Positions 54,277 through 63,632 are shown, counted from the stretch's first letter. The stretch is DNA of 64,000 bases from Clostridia bacterium (GCA_045596985.1 JAZODM010000023.1:2684-66683), one strand, 5' to 3'. A program made the numbers and translations. The notes: generated by a model from the letters alone, not told the origin.

Positions 54277-54498
54277 TAAAACAAATCCTTTCAGCATATA
54301 ACACTTCATTATATATTATACATTATTTACCGTAAAAATCAAGGATAAACCCCATAAAACCCGCCGACTTAACTCGGAAAATGAAGAAATTTGAAAAAAA
54401 TAAAAAAAATACTTGCATTTTTTTCTTTTATCTGTTAGAATAACCTATGCGTGTTAAAATGTATGTAATGAAAGTATTCCTTAAGGAGGGAAATAGAT

Positions 54499-54687
54499 AT
54501 GGCTAAATGTGATGTATGCGGTAAGGGTGTTACCTTCGGTATTAAGGTAAGCCACTCACACAGAAGATCAAATCGTGCTTGGAAGCCCAACATCAAAACT
54601 GTAAAGGCTGTTGTTAACGGTTCTCCCAAGACAATCCACGTTTGCTCCCGTTGCCTGAGAAGCGGAAAAGTTGTAAGAGCTATCTGA
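54499..54687 (+). CDS. rpmB: 50S ribosomal protein L28
   Basis: MAKCDVCGKGVTFGIKVSHSHRRSNRAWKPNI. 62 aa. Confidence 0.95.
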   Translation: MAKCDVCGKGVTFGIKVSHSHRRSNRAWKPNIKTVKAVVNGSPKTIHVCSRCLRSGKVVRAI

Positions 54688-54713
54688 TTTCTCTCGTAAT
54701 TTAATTGCAAATT

Positions 54714-54747
54714 AAAAAAACCACTTGCATTTGCAAGTGGTTTTTTT
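54714..54747. terminator. bidirectional terminator (rpmB / permease)
   Basis: AAAAAAA-CCACTTGC-ATTT-GCAAGTGG-TTTTTTT. Confidence 0.85.
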
Positions 54748-54759
54748 GTTGTCAGCCGC

Positions 54760-56112
54760 TTAAACTTTGAAATTAACCGAAGTATCACCCTGCAGATCTG
54801 TACCAAACTCATAATCCTTACCGGGAAGGATTGCGTTAAGCACGATACCAACGATCGCCGCTACTGCAAGACCGGAAAGGCTTACTGTAATGCTGCCTAC
54901 AGCAATGTTTACTGCGCCTGCTGCGCTATACTTGATACCGATTGAAAGAACAAGAATAAGAGCAGCAATGATAACGTTTCTTGAGTTTGTGAAGTCAACC
55001 TTGTTTTCAACAACGTTTCTTACACCGACTGCAGAAATCATACCGTAAAGTACGAGTGAAACACCGCCTACAACGGGAGCGGGCATAGAGTTTATAAGTG
55101 CTGCAAACTTAGGTGAGAAGGAGAAGAGAATTGCAAAGTAAGCTGCAAGTCTTACTACCTTGGGGTCATAAACCTTTGTAAGAGCAAGTACACCTGTGTT
55201 CTCGCCGTAGGTTGTATTTGCAGGAGCACCAAAAAGTGCTGCAAGTGAAGTTGCAAGACCGTCACCTAAAAGTGTTCTGTGAAGACCGGGCTCCTCAATA
55301 TAGTTCTTTTCAACTGTAGAGCTGATTGCGCACACGTCGCCGATATGCTCAATAATTGTAGCGATAGCAATAGGAACGATTGCTATGATTGATGTAATAA
55401 GAACTGATGCATCAGCACCGCCGAAGAGTGAAAATGCTGTGTTTTTCCAAACAACGGGAAGACCAATCCAGGCAGCTTCCTTAACTGCGGTGAAATCAAC
55501 ACAGTTTGTAACTGCGGCAACCACGTAGGAAACAACAACACCCATAAGGATAGGTATAATTTTAATCATACCCTTGCCCCAGATGTTGCATATGATAATT
55601 GTAAGAATAGCAACGATAGCGAGCCACCAGTTGCCTGCACAGTTATCAATAGCCGACTGAGAGAGGATAAGACCGATTGCGATGATGATAGGACCTGTAA
55701 CAATCGGGGGGAAGAAACGCATAACCTTCTTTGCACCGAATACCTTAAAGAGGATTGAAAGTATTACGTAAAGAAGGCCTGCACAGGCAACACCAACACC
55801 TGCATAAGCAGAGAAGTTTTCAATGCCTGCATTACTGCAAACCTCTGCAATGGCGAAGTAACCGCCGAGGAATGCAAATGATGAGCCTAAGAATGCGGGG
55901 ATTTTTCCCTTTGTAAGGAAGTGGAACAAAAGTGTTCCAAGACCTGCAAACAGAAGTGTTGCAGAAACACTGAGCCCTGTAAGAAGGGGAACAAGAACTG
56001 TTGCACCGAACATTGCGAACATATGCTGAAGTCCGAGAACAAGCATTTTGCCGCCGCCAAGCTCACGTGCGTCGTAAATAGGACCGTCGATTTTTGCCTG
56101 ATTTTTTGCCAA
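54760..56112 (-). CDS. uracil/xanthine permease (NCS2 family)
   Basis: LGLQHMFAMFGATVLVP plus 12-14 TM helices. The likely start is the TTG at 56112, 8 nt after AGGAG. The track start at 56154 has no RBS. Confidence 0.88.
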   Translation of the reverse strand: MAKNQAKIDGPIYDARELGGGKMLVLGLQHMFAMFGATVLVPLLTGLSVSATLLFAGLGTLLFHFLTKGKIPAFLGSSFAFLGGYFAIAEVCSNAGIENFSAYAGVGVACAGLLYVILSILFKVFGAKKVMRFFPPIVTGPIIIAIGLILSQSAIDNCAGNWWLAIVAILTIIICNIWGKGMIKIIPILMGVVVSYVVAAVTNCVDFTAVKEAAWIGLPVVWKNTAFSLFGGADASVLITSIIAIVPIAIATIIEHIGDVCAISSTVEKNYIEEPGLHRTLLGDGLATSLAALFGAPANTTYGENTGVLALTKVYDPKVVRLAAYFAILFSFSPKFAALINSMPAPVVGGVSLVLYGMISAVGVRNVVENKVDFTNSRNVIIAALILVLSIGIKYSAAGAVNIAVGSITVSLSGLAVAAIVGIVLNAILPGKDYEFGTDLQGDTSVNFKV

Positions 56113-56262
56113 AACAATCACTCCTAATATTAAATTTTTTGGTACAAGCACCACTGCTTGTATCCTATGGTTTTTATACTACCATATATTTGAAGATTTG
56201 TAAAGAAAAATGTCGCAATATATATTAGGAAAGAACTCTTTTTTGAAAAATGGAAAAAAAGC

Positions 56263-56291
56263 TTGACAAGAGGGAGTATACGTTATATAAT
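56263..56291 (+). promoter_or_regulatory. consensus sigma-A promoter for rpsF-ssb-rpsR
   Basis: TTGACA (56263-56268), 17 bp, TATAAT (56286-56291). The 75-nt leader contains the hairpin GCTTTGG-GTATGT-CCAAAGC. Confidence 0.7.
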
Positions 56292-56366
56292 AATCAGGCA
56301 TTTTGATAAAATGCTATCCTTGCTTTGGGTATGTCCAAAGCCAAAGTCCAGAAGGAGGTGTAGAAA

Positions 56367-56663
56367 ATGGCTGAAATTATCAACAAGTATGAAACCATTT
56401 TTGTTCTTGACGCTGCGCTTGAGGAGGAGAAGCTTACTGCTCTTTCTGAAAAGTTCCAGGCTCTTATTGCTGCAAACGGAACTGTTGAAAGCGTTGACGT
56501 ATGGGGAAAGAGAAAGCTTGCTTATCCCATCGACTTCAAGACAGAGGGTTACTACGTTCTTGTAAACTTTACGTCAAACCCCGAATTCCCCAAGGAACTT
56601 GAGAGAATTTACGGTATCACAGACGGCGTAATGCGTACAATCACAATCCGTAAGGAAGCGTAA
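56367..56663 (+). CDS. rpsF: 30S ribosomal protein S6
   Basis: YETIFVLDAAL...VDVWGKRKLAYPI. Confidence 0.95.
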   Translation: MAEIINKYETIFVLDAALEEEKLTALSEKFQALIAANGTVESVDVWGKRKLAYPIDFKTEGYYVLVNFTSNPEFPKELERIYGITDGVMRTITIRKEA

Positions 56664-56677
56664 GGGGAGGTTTTTTA

Positions 56678-57106
56678 ATGCTTAACAAGGTTATTTTGAT
56701 GGGCAGATTTACCCGTGACCCCGAACTTCGCAGCACACCGCAGGGAACAAGCACGTGCTCGTTTTCAATTGCAGTGGATCGTAACTTTGTCCGTCCGGGC
56801 GAAGAGCGTAAGGCAGACTTCATCAACTGCGTTGCGTGGAGACAGACTGCGGAGTTTATTTCAAAGTACTTCAAAAAAGGAAGTCTTGTTGCTCTTGAGG
56901 GCAGCATACAGACACGCTCTTGGGATGATAATGAGGGTAAGAAGCGTTACGCTACCGAGGTTATAGTTAACCAGGTATACTTTGCTGAAAGTAAGAGGGA
57001 TTCTCAAAATTCAGGAATGATGGAGGATTCTTTTGCAGGCAGTGATTTTGGTTCGCTTCCCGAACCTATCTCTCCCATGGGTACTGATGATGATTTACCA
57101 TTCTGA
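56678..57106 (+). CDS. ssb: single-stranded DNA-binding protein
   Basis: MLNKVILMGRFTRDPELR... OB fold, with an acidic tail ending DDDLPF. Confidence 0.95.
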   Translation: MLNKVILMGRFTRDPELRSTPQGTSTCSFSIAVDRNFVRPGEERKADFINCVAWRQTAEFISKYFKKGSLVALEGSIQTRSWDDNEGKKRYATEVIVNQVYFAESKRDSQNSGMMEDSFAGSDFGSLPEPISPMGTDDDLPF

Positions 57107-57155
57107 GGCATATAAAGGATTATTCTTATATGCTTAATTAAAGGAGGTTTTAGCC

Positions 57156-57407
57156 ATGATGGAAAAGGAAAAGACTGAAAGACCTTTCAGAGCTAGGAAG
57201 GCGAAGAAAAAAGTTTGCCAGTTCTGTGTTGACAAGGTTGCAGACATCGATTATAAAGACGTTGCAAAGCTTCGTCGTTATGTTTCTGAACGTGCAAAAA
57301 TTCTTCCCAGAAGAATTACAGGCACATGTGCAAAGCATCAGCGTCAGCTGACAATCGCTATCAAGCGTGCACGCCATATTGCACTTCTTCCGTTCTCAGC
57401 AGAATAA
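57156..57407 (+). CDS. rpsR: 30S ribosomal protein S18
   Basis: [48 protein letters not shown]. Confidence 0.95.
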   Translation: MMEKEKTERPFRARKAKKKVCQFCVDKVADIDYKDVAKLRRYVSERAKILPRRITGTCAKHQRQLTIAIKRARHIALLPFSAE

Positions 57408-57413
57408 AAGATG

Positions 57414-57450
57414 CCCTTTCGGAATACAAATATTCCGAAAGGGTGTTTTT
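57414..57450 (+). terminator. rho-independent terminator after rpsR
   Basis: Perfect 13-bp stem CCCTTTCGGAATA-CAAA-TATTCCGAAAGGG followed by TGTTTTT. Confidence 0.85.
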
Positions 57451-57452
57451 GC

Positions 57453-57869
57453 ATGAAAAAGTATTTTTGGGCGATTTTTTCCCTGCTTGCTGCTTTTGCG
57501 ACGGTGCACTGCATAAGGGTATACTGTGTACCCGTTCCAGCATTTTCGCAGACGGTAAGGGATATGGGGTACGAGGACGTTTTGGAAACCCCGGCAGAGG
57601 TTGTGGATGTTACTATACCCGAGCGGTTTAATGCAGTATATGAAAGGTATAATAACCTTTTAAAGGAGGGGGGATATGACCTTACCCCCTATAAAGGAAA
57701 AAAGTGTAAGCGTTATACATACCTTATACCATCCGAGAATGCACGTGCAAACATTTTGGTTTATAACGGAAAAATAATAGGCGGCGATATTTCAAGCATT
57801 ACTATTGACGGAATAATGCTTCCTATAACAAAGACAGATGAGAAAACGGGAGAGAGAAATGAGACTTGA
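57453..57869 (+). CDS. DUF4830-like secreted/membrane-anchored protein
   Basis: Signal/anchor MKKYFWAIFSLLAAFATV. IPERFNAVYERYNNLLKEGGYDLTPYKGKKCKRYTY resembles DUF4830 proteins, as recalled from memory. Confidence 0.6.
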   Translation: MKKYFWAIFSLLAAFATVHCIRVYCVPVPAFSQTVRDMGYEDVLETPAEVVDVTIPERFNAVYERYNNLLKEGGYDLTPYKGKKCKRYTYLIPSENARANILVYNGKIIGGDISSITIDGIMLPITKTDEKTGERNET

Positions 57870-58569
57870 TAAATTTGTGGCAGATGCAGCAGCCCTTACA
57901 AGGAGCGAGGCGCGAAAAGCTATAAAAAGCGGCGCAGTCCGCTATGAAGATAAAATAATAAAGGATATTTCCTATCAGGTTGATGAGGATGCGCATATCT
58001 TTGTGAATGGTGAGAAAGTAACATACAAAAAATACATTTATATAATGTTGAATAAACCGCAGGGTGTTGTAAGTGCCGCGGAGGATAAAAAGCAAAAAAC
58101 AGTTCTCTCACTTCTTCCCGAGGCGTTTTCGCGATATGATTTGTTCCCCGCAGGGCGCCTCGACATAGATACGGTGGGTTTTTTGCTTCTTACAAATGAC
58201 GGCGTACTTGCGCATAATCTTTTGTCGCCAAACAAAAACACGGGAAAGACTTATTTTGTGCGACTTGAAAAAAATATTACAGATAAAGAAATAGAAATGC
58301 TCACAAAAGGTGTTGACATCGGTGAATGTATTACAAAGGAAGCAAAAGTAGAACGAATTAGTGAAAATGAAATAAACCTCACTATAACGGAGGGAAAATT
58401 CCACCAGATAAAGCGTATGGCGCATGCGGTAGGAAACAATGTGGTTTACTTAAAACGCCTTTCCTACGGCGCTCTGTTCCTTGATGAAAGCCTTAAAGAA
58501 GGCGAATACAGGTTTCTCACGGACGAAGAGGTGGCACTGCTATGCAATGTTTACAAAAAAAATGTTTAA
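57859..58569 (+). CDS. rsuA: pseudouridine synthase, RsuA/RluB family, with N-terminal S4 domain
   Basis: MRLDKFVADAAALTRSEARKAI (S4), catalytic GRLDIDTVGFLLLTNDG, and KFHQIKRM. Confidence 0.9.
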   Translation: MRLDKFVADAAALTRSEARKAIKSGAVRYEDKIIKDISYQVDEDAHIFVNGEKVTYKKYIYIMLNKPQGVVSAAEDKKQKTVLSLLPEAFSRYDLFPAGRLDIDTVGFLLLTNDGVLAHNLLSPNKNTGKTYFVRLEKNITDKEIEMLTKGVDIGECITKEAKVERISENEINLTITEGKFHQIKRMAHAVGNNVVYLKRLSYGALFLDESLKEGEYRFLTDEEVALLCNVYKKNV

Positions 58570-58666
58570 ATTTGTGAAACAAGTGTATTTGCAACTTTAA
58601 ATAGTTGTGTTAGAATGTAGACAGTGTGAATTAGGTATCTTTTTAAACCATTAGGAGGTCAAAAAA

Positions 58667-59773
58667 ATGGCAAGTTTACAGTTGAAAAATATCTATAAAA
58701 GATATGCAGGCGGAGTGACGGCAGTATCAGATTTCTCACTTGATATTGCAGATAAGGAGTTCATCATCCTTGTAGGTCCTTCCGGTTGCGGTAAGTCCAC
58801 AACACTCAGAATGATTGCTGGACTTGAAGAAATCAGTGAGGGTGAGCTTTACATAGGCGAGAAGCTTGTAAACGACGTAGCTCCCAAGGACAGAGATATA
58901 GCAATGGTATTCCAGAACTATGCTCTTTATCCCCATATGACAGTTTTTGAGAATATGGCGTTTGGTCTTAAGCTCAGAAAAACTCCCAAGGCTGAAATCA
59001 AGAAGAGAGTTCAGGAGGCTGCACGTATCCTTGATATCGAGCATCTCCTTGAAAGAAAGCCCAAGGCTTTGTCAGGCGGTCAGCGTCAGAGAGTTGCGCT
59101 TGGTCGTGCTATCGTTCGTGAGCCGAAGGTATTCCTTATGGACGAACCTCTTTCAAACCTCGATGCTAAGCTTCGTGTTCAGATGAGAACTGAGATTTCT
59201 AAGCTTCATCAGAGACTTCAGACAACATTCATCTACGTTACTCATGACCAGACAGAGGCTCTTACAATGGGGACAAGAATCGTTGTTATGAAAGACGGTA
59301 TCATCCAGCAGGTTGATAGCCCCCAGAATCTTTACAACAACCCTGTTAACGTATTCGTTGCAGGCTTCATCGGTTCACCCCAGATGAACTTCTGTGATGC
59401 AGTTGTTGAGAAGGAAGGCGAGGATACATTCCTCAAGTTTGGTGAGCATACAATTAAGCTTACAGCCGAGAAGGCTGCTAAGGTTCAGGACTATGTTGGT
59501 CAGACAGTAACTATGGGTATCCGTCCCGAGGATTTGTATGATGATGCAGATTCTCTTGCAAAATATGCTGATACTAAGTTCAAGGCTAGTGTTGATGTAA
59601 CAGAGCTTATGGGTGCTGAGACATATCTTTATCTTACACTCGATGGTCTTAACTTCATCGCAAGAGTTAAGCCTGACAGCACATCTCAGCGAAATCAGAC
59701 AATTGATATCTGTATGGATCCTCAGAAGATTCATATCTTCGAAAAAGATTCAGAAAAGACTATCACAAACTAA
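58667..59773 (+). CDS. msmX: sugar ABC transporter ATP-binding protein (MsmX/MalK/UgpC type), orphan
   Basis: GPSGCGKST, LSGGQRQRVALGRA and FLMDEPLSNLD, plus a C-terminal TOBE-like regulatory domain. No permease genes nearby. Confidence 0.9.
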   Translation: MASLQLKNIYKRYAGGVTAVSDFSLDIADKEFIILVGPSGCGKSTTLRMIAGLEEISEGELYIGEKLVNDVAPKDRDIAMVFQNYALYPHMTVFENMAFGLKLRKTPKAEIKKRVQEAARILDIEHLLERKPKALSGGQRQRVALGRAIVREPKVFLMDEPLSNLDAKLRVQMRTEISKLHQRLQTTFIYVTHDQTEALTMGTRIVVMKDGIIQQVDSPQNLYNNPVNVFVAGFIGSPQMNFCDAVVEKEGEDTFLKFGEHTIKLTAEKAAKVQDYVGQTVTMGIRPEDLYDDADSLAKYADTKFKASVDVTELMGAETYLYLTLDGLNFIARVKPDSTSQRNQTIDICMDPQKIHIFEKDSEKTITN

Positions 59774-59788
59774 TTTTTTAAAAATTAA

Positions 59789-59817
59789 AGCCTGCCGAAA
59801 TTTCGGCAGGCTTTTTT
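59789..59817 (+). terminator. rho-independent terminator
   Basis: AGCCTGCCG-AAATTT-CGGCAGGCT followed by TTTTT. Confidence 0.85.
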
Positions 59818-59900
59818 GTGTGCAAAAATTACAAACCCTAAGTTAACGGAAGTCAGATAGTTTTACATCAAACTAACTACAGCGATAAAGCTGCGTTTTT

Positions 59901-60025
59901 CCGTATTTTTTGCCGACTACCGAGAAATTGCGAGCATCATTTTCCTTTGCTGGCTCGCAATTTCAGACGACTCAGGAAACTAAGTGTTTCCTTTAAAGGC
60001 GGCGGTTCAAAGGCGGAAAATACGG
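59901..60025 (+). other. 125-nt nested multi-stem element (candidate structured RNA or DNA element)
   Basis: The closing stem is CCGTATTTT (59901-59909) / AAAATACGG (60017-60025). Inner stems are GAAATTGCGAGC (59924-59935) / GCTCGCAATTTC (59953-59964) and GGAAAC-TAAGT-GTTTCC (59975-59991). TTGCCG may pair with CGGCGG. Confidence 0.5.
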
Positions 60026-60578
60026 AAAAATAATACCCACACTGTATAAATGATACAACGCCCATTTTTTCCTTACGCCCCTGCGAGGTCGTTTTAAGGG
60101 GTTCGGGGGAAATCGAAATCCCCCGACGCTTTTCGCCATTTTGGCGCTCAAAATGGCAAGGAATTACCCCAAAGAGTGGGGCAGGGGTTTGATATATTAA
60201 AAAGGCCTTTTTAATCCCATTTGTGTTAACGAAGTTCATTGATTTTGTCACATAGCTGAAAGGCTATTTTTGCACCTACAATTAATCCAATTTTAAAATA
60301 TACGTCTTCAAATACTGATGCCTGCTAGTTGCAAATAATCATTGAAATTCATCTAATTATCACCTTTCTTTTTTAAAACTATCATAATGAATTTAACATA
60401 TTTTGGCAAGAAAATGGTGTTAAAGATAAGAATTTTTTGTTTTTATAGAAATTTACGTAAAATTAAAAGTGTAAAATGGGTGAAGCGGCACGCTTCTTTT
60501 GTAAAATTTTACTGATTGTATTTTTATTTGCCTGAGAAATAATACAATAGAAGTATTATTTTGAAAGGTATGATAATT

Positions 60579-60737
60579 ATGAATAACGATGTTTCAAATC
60601 AAAATCCTGAAAATTTTGATGGGACTTACACAAATGACCCGATATATCTTCTTGCGCGGTACAGGGCATATTGCGATTTATTTGAAAGTGATGAAAAAAA
60701 TCATTTTGAGGAAATCGAAGGACTAAAGGAGGATTAA
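60579..60737 (+). CDS. hypothetical 52-aa acidic protein upstream of gpr (speculative)
   Basis: Own translation: MNNDVSNQNPENFDGTYTNDPIYLLARYRAYCDLFESDEKNHFEEIEGLKED. The stop lies 2 nt before the gpr ATG. Weak RBS, and I recognise no homolog. Confidence 0.25.
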   Translation: MNNDVSNQNPENFDGTYTNDPIYLLARYRAYCDLFESDEKNHFEEIEGLKED

Positions 60738-60739
60738 TT

Positions 60740-61657
60740 ATGCCGATACGTACAGACCTTGCACTTGAATGCCGAGAAATGTTTGCCGAGGAGATTGCAG
60801 GTGTGGAAAGCATACGTCACGACAGTGACGGTATCAGTGTTACACACGTAAAGATTACCACGCCCGAAGGAGCGCTCAAAATAGGAAAACCCATGGGAAA
60901 CTATATTACTATAGAAATTAAGAAGATGCACCAGGAGGATGAAGAAATATGTGAGCGCGGAGCGCAGGCAGTGTGTGACGAACTCAAAAAAATTATAAAT
61001 ATTCCTAAAAATGCATCGGTGCTTGTTGCAGGACTTGGAAACCAGTATATTACGCCTGATTCGATCGGGCCAAAAACTGTAGGCAAGCTTTTGGTGACGC
61101 GCCATATTACGAGCGAGGCGAACAGCGGACTTTCCTTCGATGTGCGTGCTGTAAGTGCACTTGCCCCCGGGGTGCTCGGTCTGACGGGTATTGAAACGGG
61201 CGAGGTTATAGAGGGCGTGGCAGAGCGTGTTAAACCCTCCCTTATTATTGCAGTAGATGCATTGGCATCAAGGAAGCTCAGCCGCCTTGGAACAACGGTG
61301 CAGATAGCAGATACGGGGATAATCCCCGGCAGCGGAGTAGGAAACAACAGAAAAGAGCTTACCCAAAAGACCCTCGGTGTACCGGTAATAGCGATAGGTG
61401 TTCCCATGGTGGTTGATGCGGCAACACTTACTATTGATGCGATGGAAACGCTTTCGCAGCATATGGGCGAAAAGCTCTCAAAGGATGCGGAGGAATTGTT
61501 GGATGCATTTGAAAACGGGGGAAGGGAATTTATAAATGAAGCACTGTCAAAAGAAAGCACAAATATGATTGTCACACCCAATGACGTTGATGTGATTTCA
61601 AATCAGGCGTCAGAAATAATTGCCGAGGGAATAAACCGCGCACTTCATTTAAATTAA
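60740..61657 (+). CDS. gpr: germination protease (GPR endopeptidase)
   Basis: MPIRTDLALECREM N-terminus, GLGNQYITPDSIGP, and VIAIGVPMVVDA. RBS AAAGGAGG. Confidence 0.93.
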   Translation: MPIRTDLALECREMFAEEIAGVESIRHDSDGISVTHVKITTPEGALKIGKPMGNYITIEIKKMHQEDEEICERGAQAVCDELKKIINIPKNASVLVAGLGNQYITPDSIGPKTVGKLLVTRHITSEANSGLSFDVRAVSALAPGVLGLTGIETGEVIEGVAERVKPSLIIAVDALASRKLSRLGTTVQIADTGIIPGSGVGNNRKELTQKTLGVPVIAIGVPMVVDAATLTIDAMETLSQHMGEKLSKDAEELLDAFENGGREFINEALSKESTNMIVTPNDVDVISNQASEIIAEGINRALHLN

Positions 61658-61672
61658 TTAAATAAAATTATA

Positions 61673-61701
61673 TTGAAAGATACTTCCTTTTATGGTAAAA
61701 T
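61673..61701 (+). promoter_or_regulatory. candidate sigma-A promoter for the XRE-S24 gene
   Basis: TTGAAA (61673-61678), 17 bp, TAAAAT (61696-61701). Confidence 0.5.
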
Positions 61702-61741
61702 ATTATTCATTGGAGAAACTACAGAAAAGGGAAGTGCGGCA

Positions 61742-62356
61742 ATGAGTTGGCTTGGAATACACGTAATGGGACTGAGAAAGCATGCCGGAATGACGCAGGA
61801 GCAGCTTGCACAAAGAGTTTCGGTAGGTGTAACCACAATTGAAAATATAGAATCGGGCTATCTTGAAGCGCCGCCGCCTTCGCTTGTGGAGAAATTTGCA
61901 AAAACATTTGGTGCGGCCGTGGAAGAGCTTTTAAATCCTCAACCCTTGGAAAACACGGCAGAGCGCGCAAAAGAGGTTTACGTTGTAAATGAGTTGAGTG
62001 CTGATACGTCACTTCCTTCGTGGAATGATGTGAGTGATGTTATCTATGTTGACCGCGATGTGCTGCGCGGATATGACCATATTGCAGTAAAGGTCAAGGA
62101 TAATTCAATGCTGCTGGAGGGTATCAAGTGTGATGCTACTGCACTTGTTCGTATAGATGCACCGATTAAAAGCGGCGATGTTGTGCTTGCCATGTATGAA
62201 AAGAAAAGCATCGTCCGAAAATACTATATGGATGGCACGCATATTCTTCTTAAGGCTGTAACAAACGAAGAAAATTATCCCGATATACGTCTTGACGCCT
62301 CCAAGGATAGGTCAAAGATAATAGGAAAAGTAATCCGCGTGGAAACTTATGTGTAG
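61742..62356 (+). CDS. XRE-type HTH + S24 (LexA/CI-like) peptidase-domain repressor
   Basis: HTH LRKHAGMTQEQLAQRVSVGVTTIENIESG. The C-terminal S24 fold has a Ser in VKDNSM and a Lys in IVRKYY. ATG at 61742. Confidence 0.8.
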   Translation: MSWLGIHVMGLRKHAGMTQEQLAQRVSVGVTTIENIESGYLEAPPPSLVEKFAKTFGAAVEELLNPQPLENTAERAKEVYVVNELSADTSLPSWNDVSDVIYVDRDVLRGYDHIAVKVKDNSMLLEGIKCDATALVRIDAPIKSGDVVLAMYEKKSIVRKYYMDGTHILLKAVTNEENYPDIRLDASKDRSKIIGKVIRVETYV

Positions 62357-62445
62357 AAAATGACGAAAATCACAAATCCTACTTGCTTTTTTGCTCAATT
62401 AGTAATATACTGTCATATAGATGTTTAGAAAGAGAGAGACCTTGT

Positions 62446-63612
62446 ATGGTATATTTAGATAATGCTGCAACAACAAAAATGAAGGACAGCGTTCTTTCGG
62501 CAATGATGCCGTATTTTTTTGAAAATTTCGGAAATGCGTCCTCAACATATACAACGCCGGGACAAGCTGCACGAACTGCCCTTACAGAGGCACGAAAGAC
62601 TATTGCCCAGTGTATTGGTGCGACAGAGCGTGAGGTGTATTTCACCGGCGGCGGAAGTGAGGCTGACAACTGGGCGATTAAGGGTGTCATGCTTAAAAAC
62701 AAAAAAAAGGGTAGTCATATAATAACTACAACGATAGAACATCACGCAGTGCTTCACACGTGTGAGTTTCTGGAAAAGCAGGGATATAAAGTTACCTATG
62801 TTCCTGTGGATGAGTACGGTATGGTAAGTGTGAGTGATATAGAAAATGCGATTACCGACGAAACAGTTCTTGTCAGCGTGATGTTTGCTAATAATGAAAT
62901 CGGAACAATAAATCCTATTGCGGAGATTGGAAAGCTCTGCAGGGAAAAGGGTGTTTATTTCCATACTGATGCCGTTCAGGCTGCAGGCGCAGTAAAAATC
63001 GATGTTGAGGAGATGAATATTGACCTTCTTTCGATGTCTGCACATAAATTCCACGGCCCCAAGGGCGTGGGCGCGCTCTATGTCAGGAAGGGTGTTCAGC
63101 TTGAAAACCTTATCCACGGCGGTGCCCAGGAAGGCGGAAAGCGTGCAACAACTGAAAATGTTGCAGGTGTTGTCGGTATGGCTAAGGCGCTTAGTGAGGC
63201 TTGTGCAAATATGGAGGAAAAGACGGCGAAAATCACGGAGCTTCGTGATTACCTTATAAAGACTGTTCTTGAAACAGTTCCGTATACGCGTCTTAACGGA
63301 CACCCGGAAAAAAGACTTCCGAATAATACAAGCTTTTGCTTTAAATATATAGAAGGGGAGAGTCTTCTTTTAAGTCTTGATATGCAGGGGTATGTGGTAT
63401 CAAGCGGCTCTGCCTGCACATCCGGCTCGCTTGACCCGTCGCACGTGCTATTGGGAATAGGACTTCCCCACGAAATTGCGCATGGCTCGCTTCGGGCATC
63501 ACTTTCAGAGTTTACAACACAAGAGGAAATAGACTCCTTCATTAAGGCTCTTGCACCAATCGTTCAGCGGCTGAGGGATATGTCACCGCTTTATGAGGGC
63601 GTAGGACACTAA
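62446..63612 (+). CDS. nifS: cysteine desulfurase (NifS/IscS type)
   Basis: MVYLDNAATT, PLP lysine SAHKFHGPKG, active-site loop SSGSACTS. Internal ATG at 62446. Confidence 0.93.
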   Translation: MVYLDNAATTKMKDSVLSAMMPYFFENFGNASSTYTTPGQAARTALTEARKTIAQCIGATEREVYFTGGGSEADNWAIKGVMLKNKKKGSHIITTTIEHHAVLHTCEFLEKQGYKVTYVPVDEYGMVSVSDIENAITDETVLVSVMFANNEIGTINPIAEIGKLCREKGVYFHTDAVQAAGAVKIDVEEMNIDLLSMSAHKFHGPKGVGALYVRKGVQLENLIHGGAQEGGKRATTENVAGVVGMAKALSEACANMEEKTAKITELRDYLIKTVLETVPYTRLNGHPEKRLPNNTSFCFKYIEGESLLLSLDMQGYVVSSGSACTSGSLDPSHVLLGIGLPHEIAHGSLRASLSEFTTQEEIDSFIKALAPIVQRLRDMSPLYEGVGH

Positions 63613-63632
63613 AGAGAAAGGAATGATATAAA

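Noticed and set aside
59937-60251. 104-aa minus-strand ORF in the msmX-gpr gap
   Set aside because: The frame runs through stacked hairpins and palindromes. It has no RBS, and the peptide has odd composition and no recognisable motif. The region is better explained as non-coding structure.
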